Of a DNA stretch of 64,000 bases, positions 60,380 through 64,000 are shown in pieces (the first letter of the stretch is position 1; each line of letters opens with the position of its first letter). Source of the DNA: Lepidodermella squamata (taxonomy: Eukaryota > Animalia > Gastrotricha); the NCBI GenBank assembly GCA_047495785.1, contig JBLDXI010000003.1, positions 2,976,001 through 3,040,000 of the forward strand, given 5' to 3'. The notes below the pieces were generated by a model that searched no databases, was not told where the DNA came from, and saw only the letters and a list, made by a program, of their open reading frames with translations. A program made the position numbers and the translations under genes.

Positions 60380-63300
60380 TTATTCGTAAACGAAATCGTT
60401 GATTGAAGCATCGGTATCTTCGATATCCCGATCAGCCAAATCAGCGTATTCCTCCACTAATTTATCAATCCAACTCCGCTTGCTAGGGCAGCGCGGGACA
60501 TTGCAGTAATCAGTGCGCACGTTGGGGTCATTTGTCAAGCACCAAACGCCGTTCGGGAAATTAACTGGGTCAGGATTGCGGCAGGCATTGCCAGCCTGTG
60601 ATGCCCATTTGTCGGGAAAATTGACATCGGTGTAGCTATGGCTTTGCGGCCATTGGTTGTCCCAGCGTTGGCAGGTGAACCCTCGAACTGTTCGGTTTAC
60701 AGACCCAATGTAGCTTCGCCCATCTTCAGTGCTGCGGCAGTTTGCGGAATCTCCAATGGGCCTAGGAAATTATATTTAGAATTGATTAGCTGTATTTGAC
60801 CTTTGAACACTATAAGTTACTCAGGCTGAGCTAAATCCAATACAAAAATCCAATTTCTTCCAATTTCGAACTTGAACTTGGGCAAGAAATTTAAAAAATA
60901 TTTTAAAATATAAACATTTAATTTATTGTTTGTAAATTTTAATTTCTAAATTTAAAATTTATTTTTTAATTTTCACATTTTTGGTTGATTGAATTTTTAA
61001 AAATTGAATTTTTTTGAAAATTATTTTTATGATTTACTTTATAGAGCTAGGCGTTGCCCGGCTTGTCGTAGTACTAGCCGCACGGGTTGTTGTAGTAGAC
61101 GCTGTCGTTGTAGTAGTTACCCGGGTTGTGGTTGGGGTTGTAGTAGCCGCTCTGGTTGTGCTTGTTGCCGTAGTAGCTGCTGTAGTTGTAGTCGTTGTTA
61201 CCGGACCAGCAGTAGTCGTAACCGTACCAGTTGCTGTTTTCATCAACGCCATCAAATTCAATCGACGACAAAATCTTTGTAAGACTTACGACATTGTGGG
61301 AGCGAGCAAGATCCAATGGTCTGATAATTGCCAGTGAAACACCACGGCGAAGACCTGGCATCAGGATTTCGGCACTTGCTACCAGCCGCCTGCAAGGTTC
61401 CATCGGGGAAACTAATCGCTGAGTAGGTCGACTGACCAGACCAAGCTAAGCAAGACTGACCGCTACTCGATCTCGTCGAACCGCCAGCATAGTCGAAGCC
61501 CGTTTTCGAAATAACGCATTCTGTAGTAAGACTAGAGCCGGTAGTTCCAGGGCATGTTGCGTAGACATTGAGTCGGAAGCCTGAACTACCCGAGCTGGCG
61601 TAGCCGGCGAAGAAAACTACTGCCCTATTAGCGTTAGTCGTAAAGCGACCACTAGCTTGGCCGCAGGAGCAAAACCTTTGAAACAAAATTAATAATAAAA
61701 AATCCAAATTTTAGGGACATATCGAAACAAACTTGTAACCGTTATAAGTCGGGTCACTCTGGTTAGTTCTGATTTCAACAAAGTCGTTACAAGTATCTGC
61801 AGCGTTGCAAGACATTCTAGGCTGTCCTTCGAAGCCGAAAACAATTCCTGAACCAGATGGCTGAAAATTATTAAGGTAGCAAATAGTTTTTAAAGGCAAT
61901 TTAGAAACTTACAGCTTGTATCACCCATGAACAACTCGCCCCGGCTGGGTAGTTTGACGGGCTGTTCGGTGACGTGATGGTGGTCTGCGAGCAGGCGGTG
62001 AGATTGATGACCCCGCCGCAAGTTAGGCCCTTCGAAGCGGCATTGATCGTGCAAAAATCACCGCCCCAGCCATTCGGGCAGCGGCATTTGACGCAATTTT
62101 TAGGGTCTTGATAGCCGCCGTTTTGACAGGGCTGGGGGAGTCTTGTGCTGCTACAAGCAGACGCTGAAAATACGTGAGAGTCGATGATAAGAAGTTTCAG
62201 AGGTTAGAAAATGAACACCCGAAAAAAATCAGAAAATTATAGAGAAAAAAATAACTGATCCGATTTCTTGCGATTTAATTTGCAAATTTAAAATCGCAAT
62301 TTACAATTAAAAAATTAAAAAATTAAAAAAAATTAAATGGATTTAATAAAATTAATTAAAGTTAAAAATTGACTGTAATCAATTTAAATTTTTTTTTAAT
62401 TTTCCGCATCACTTTCTACCTCGATGTCCATCGTAGAAATTTAGGATTGAGAAAAACGGCTAAAAATACATACCGATGCAGTTGTAGTGGTAATTGATGC
62501 GTTTAACGTCATTGAATGATAGATAATTCCGATTGCCCAAAGACGTGAGAAATTTGACATCAAGAGGTTCGATGACGCGCTTCTTGCCCCAATAATCGAT
62601 CGAGAAGCCGAGCGAATCGTAGTGCATGATTGACTCGAAATCGTACGGCGCGCCGTAGTTGTTCAACTCAGAGGCAGAAACTTTCGCGAAATTCGATTCA
62701 TATCCACTAAAATTTATTTGATTTTTACCTGGCTCTAATAAACAAATTAGACTTACGCCATGCAGTTCGCAAGATTCACCCTGATCGCGCTGTCCCGATC
62801 GTTGCGCATTTGTTCGTGGTACATACCCAAGGCATGGCCAACTTCGTGAGCAGCAATACCAGCCTATTTTCGATAAATAATTCAAAAATAAAAACGTATA
62901 AAAATAAAAACTTACCACAACGCAACCACTTCCAAGAGATATCGTCTGCGTTCTCGAAGAAATTGTTCCTGATTTTTTGAAAATTTAGAATAAAATAAAT
63001 TCGATATCCATTAAAATCGCTAACCGATATATGACCAACATCCGGAGCCTTTATTGAAAGTTATGGAGGGTGTGTTGGCAATGTCGCTAGGTCGGCTGAA
63101 TTCTTGGAACGAAACGCAAGTTGACGAAGACCACATATCGAGGCCTCGGCGGATAATAGCTTTCTCAGCATCACCTGTAATAAATAATATCATAATTAAA
63201 ATAAATTAAATGAATTAAAATTAAAATACTGTGAGTTCCATCGAAAGCGTATTTAATAGGGAAAGGCCATTTTCCGGAAGTAGTTGAAACTCGTTTAGCG

Positions 63301-63584
63301 ATTCCGTTCTGAACGCCCATTTCCTCTTCAATTGTTTGCAGGATCATTTTCGCTTGGTCGACAGTGAGTCGCATATCGTCCTCGAACAGGTACTCAGGCG
63401 GCGTATTAACGGGGCCGACTGGGTCGAGAAACGGCCTGGTTATATTATGCTTCTGGAGCATCAGCTGCGAAACCTGGCGCATGATCATCAACGCGTTTAT
63501 TGAGTCTTCAAAGGGCAAATCGCCAACAACTGCAGCAAAAGCCGCATTGCTTGAAAAAGCGAGAAAAATAACCGCCAACAGCAT
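60380..63584 (-). CDS. Astacin (M12A) metalloprotease: signal-pro-astacin-EGF-CUB-kringle-Thr-rich-kringle
   Basis: Prodomain FEDDMRL; [19 protein letters not shown] zinc motif; YDFESIMHY Met-turn; [29 protein letters not shown]; [22 protein letters not shown]; kringles KCRNPD..PWCF and CQRW..ACRNPD..WCLT..YCNVPRC. Confidence 0.92.
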
Positions 63585-64000
63585 TAAAAAGTAGGGTGAG
63601 ACCAAGTGAGTGTCTCAATTTGCTTGGACAGCTTTTTAAAGCGCAAAAAGGACGCTGCGCGAGAATTTATTACGAGTGCGCGCAGACAAAGGCGCGGCAG
63701 TGCGCGCGCGTGAGCGCTTGATCGCGCATTTTGATAATAACTTCAACAAAAGAGTGAGAAACTTGCCAGCGGCATGAAATTATTCAACGTATTTCCCGGT
63801 GATTACCGCTCGTTCTATCTTCGTGTCGCATCTTTCAGGTTAAACTGCAATTTCGACTCTAATTTTCAAACAAATATAAATGAAAAGGGTGTTTGCGACA
63901 TTTCAGCCCACGACAAATCAGCCAGGTTCTGATTTAATGATAGCGGCTATTATCGGTTACCGTATTTGCTCCTATTGCAGCACGGGCTGCTAAAACTTCA

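Overview
Intron-containing eukaryotic (invertebrate-animal-like) genomic DNA with many ~50-60 bp GT-AG introns, so the ORF track captures only exon fragments; gene models below were spliced by eye. Left part: the 3' end of a Gly/His/Asn/aromatic octapeptide-repeat gene, a tetraspanin, three GPI-type Ly6/three-finger genes and a small heat-shock protein. The dominant feature (7.75-49.7 kb) is a same-strand (-) tandem array of about 28 small genes and pseudogenes. Most encode disordered cytosolic proteins carrying PPxY motifs (some with PTAP/PSAP and overlapping YxxPhi signals), juxtamembrane Cys/basic residues and one C-terminal transmembrane helix. Most share a tiny first coding exon followed by a phase-2 intron, and have GATA-site-rich upstream regions. 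By architecture these resemble NEDD4-family/ESCRT adaptors and show birth-and-death evolution; that function is inference. The array is riddled with transposons: an intact-ORF2 APE-RT LINE nested in a CMC-like element, a 3.7 kb Tc1/mariner-like non-autonomous element, an RTE fragment and several MITEs. Right part: two orphan secreted proteins, two tandem secreted proteins (novel N-domain, mucin stalk, 5 Sushi), and an astacin-EGF-CUB-kringle-mucin-kringle metalloprotease.
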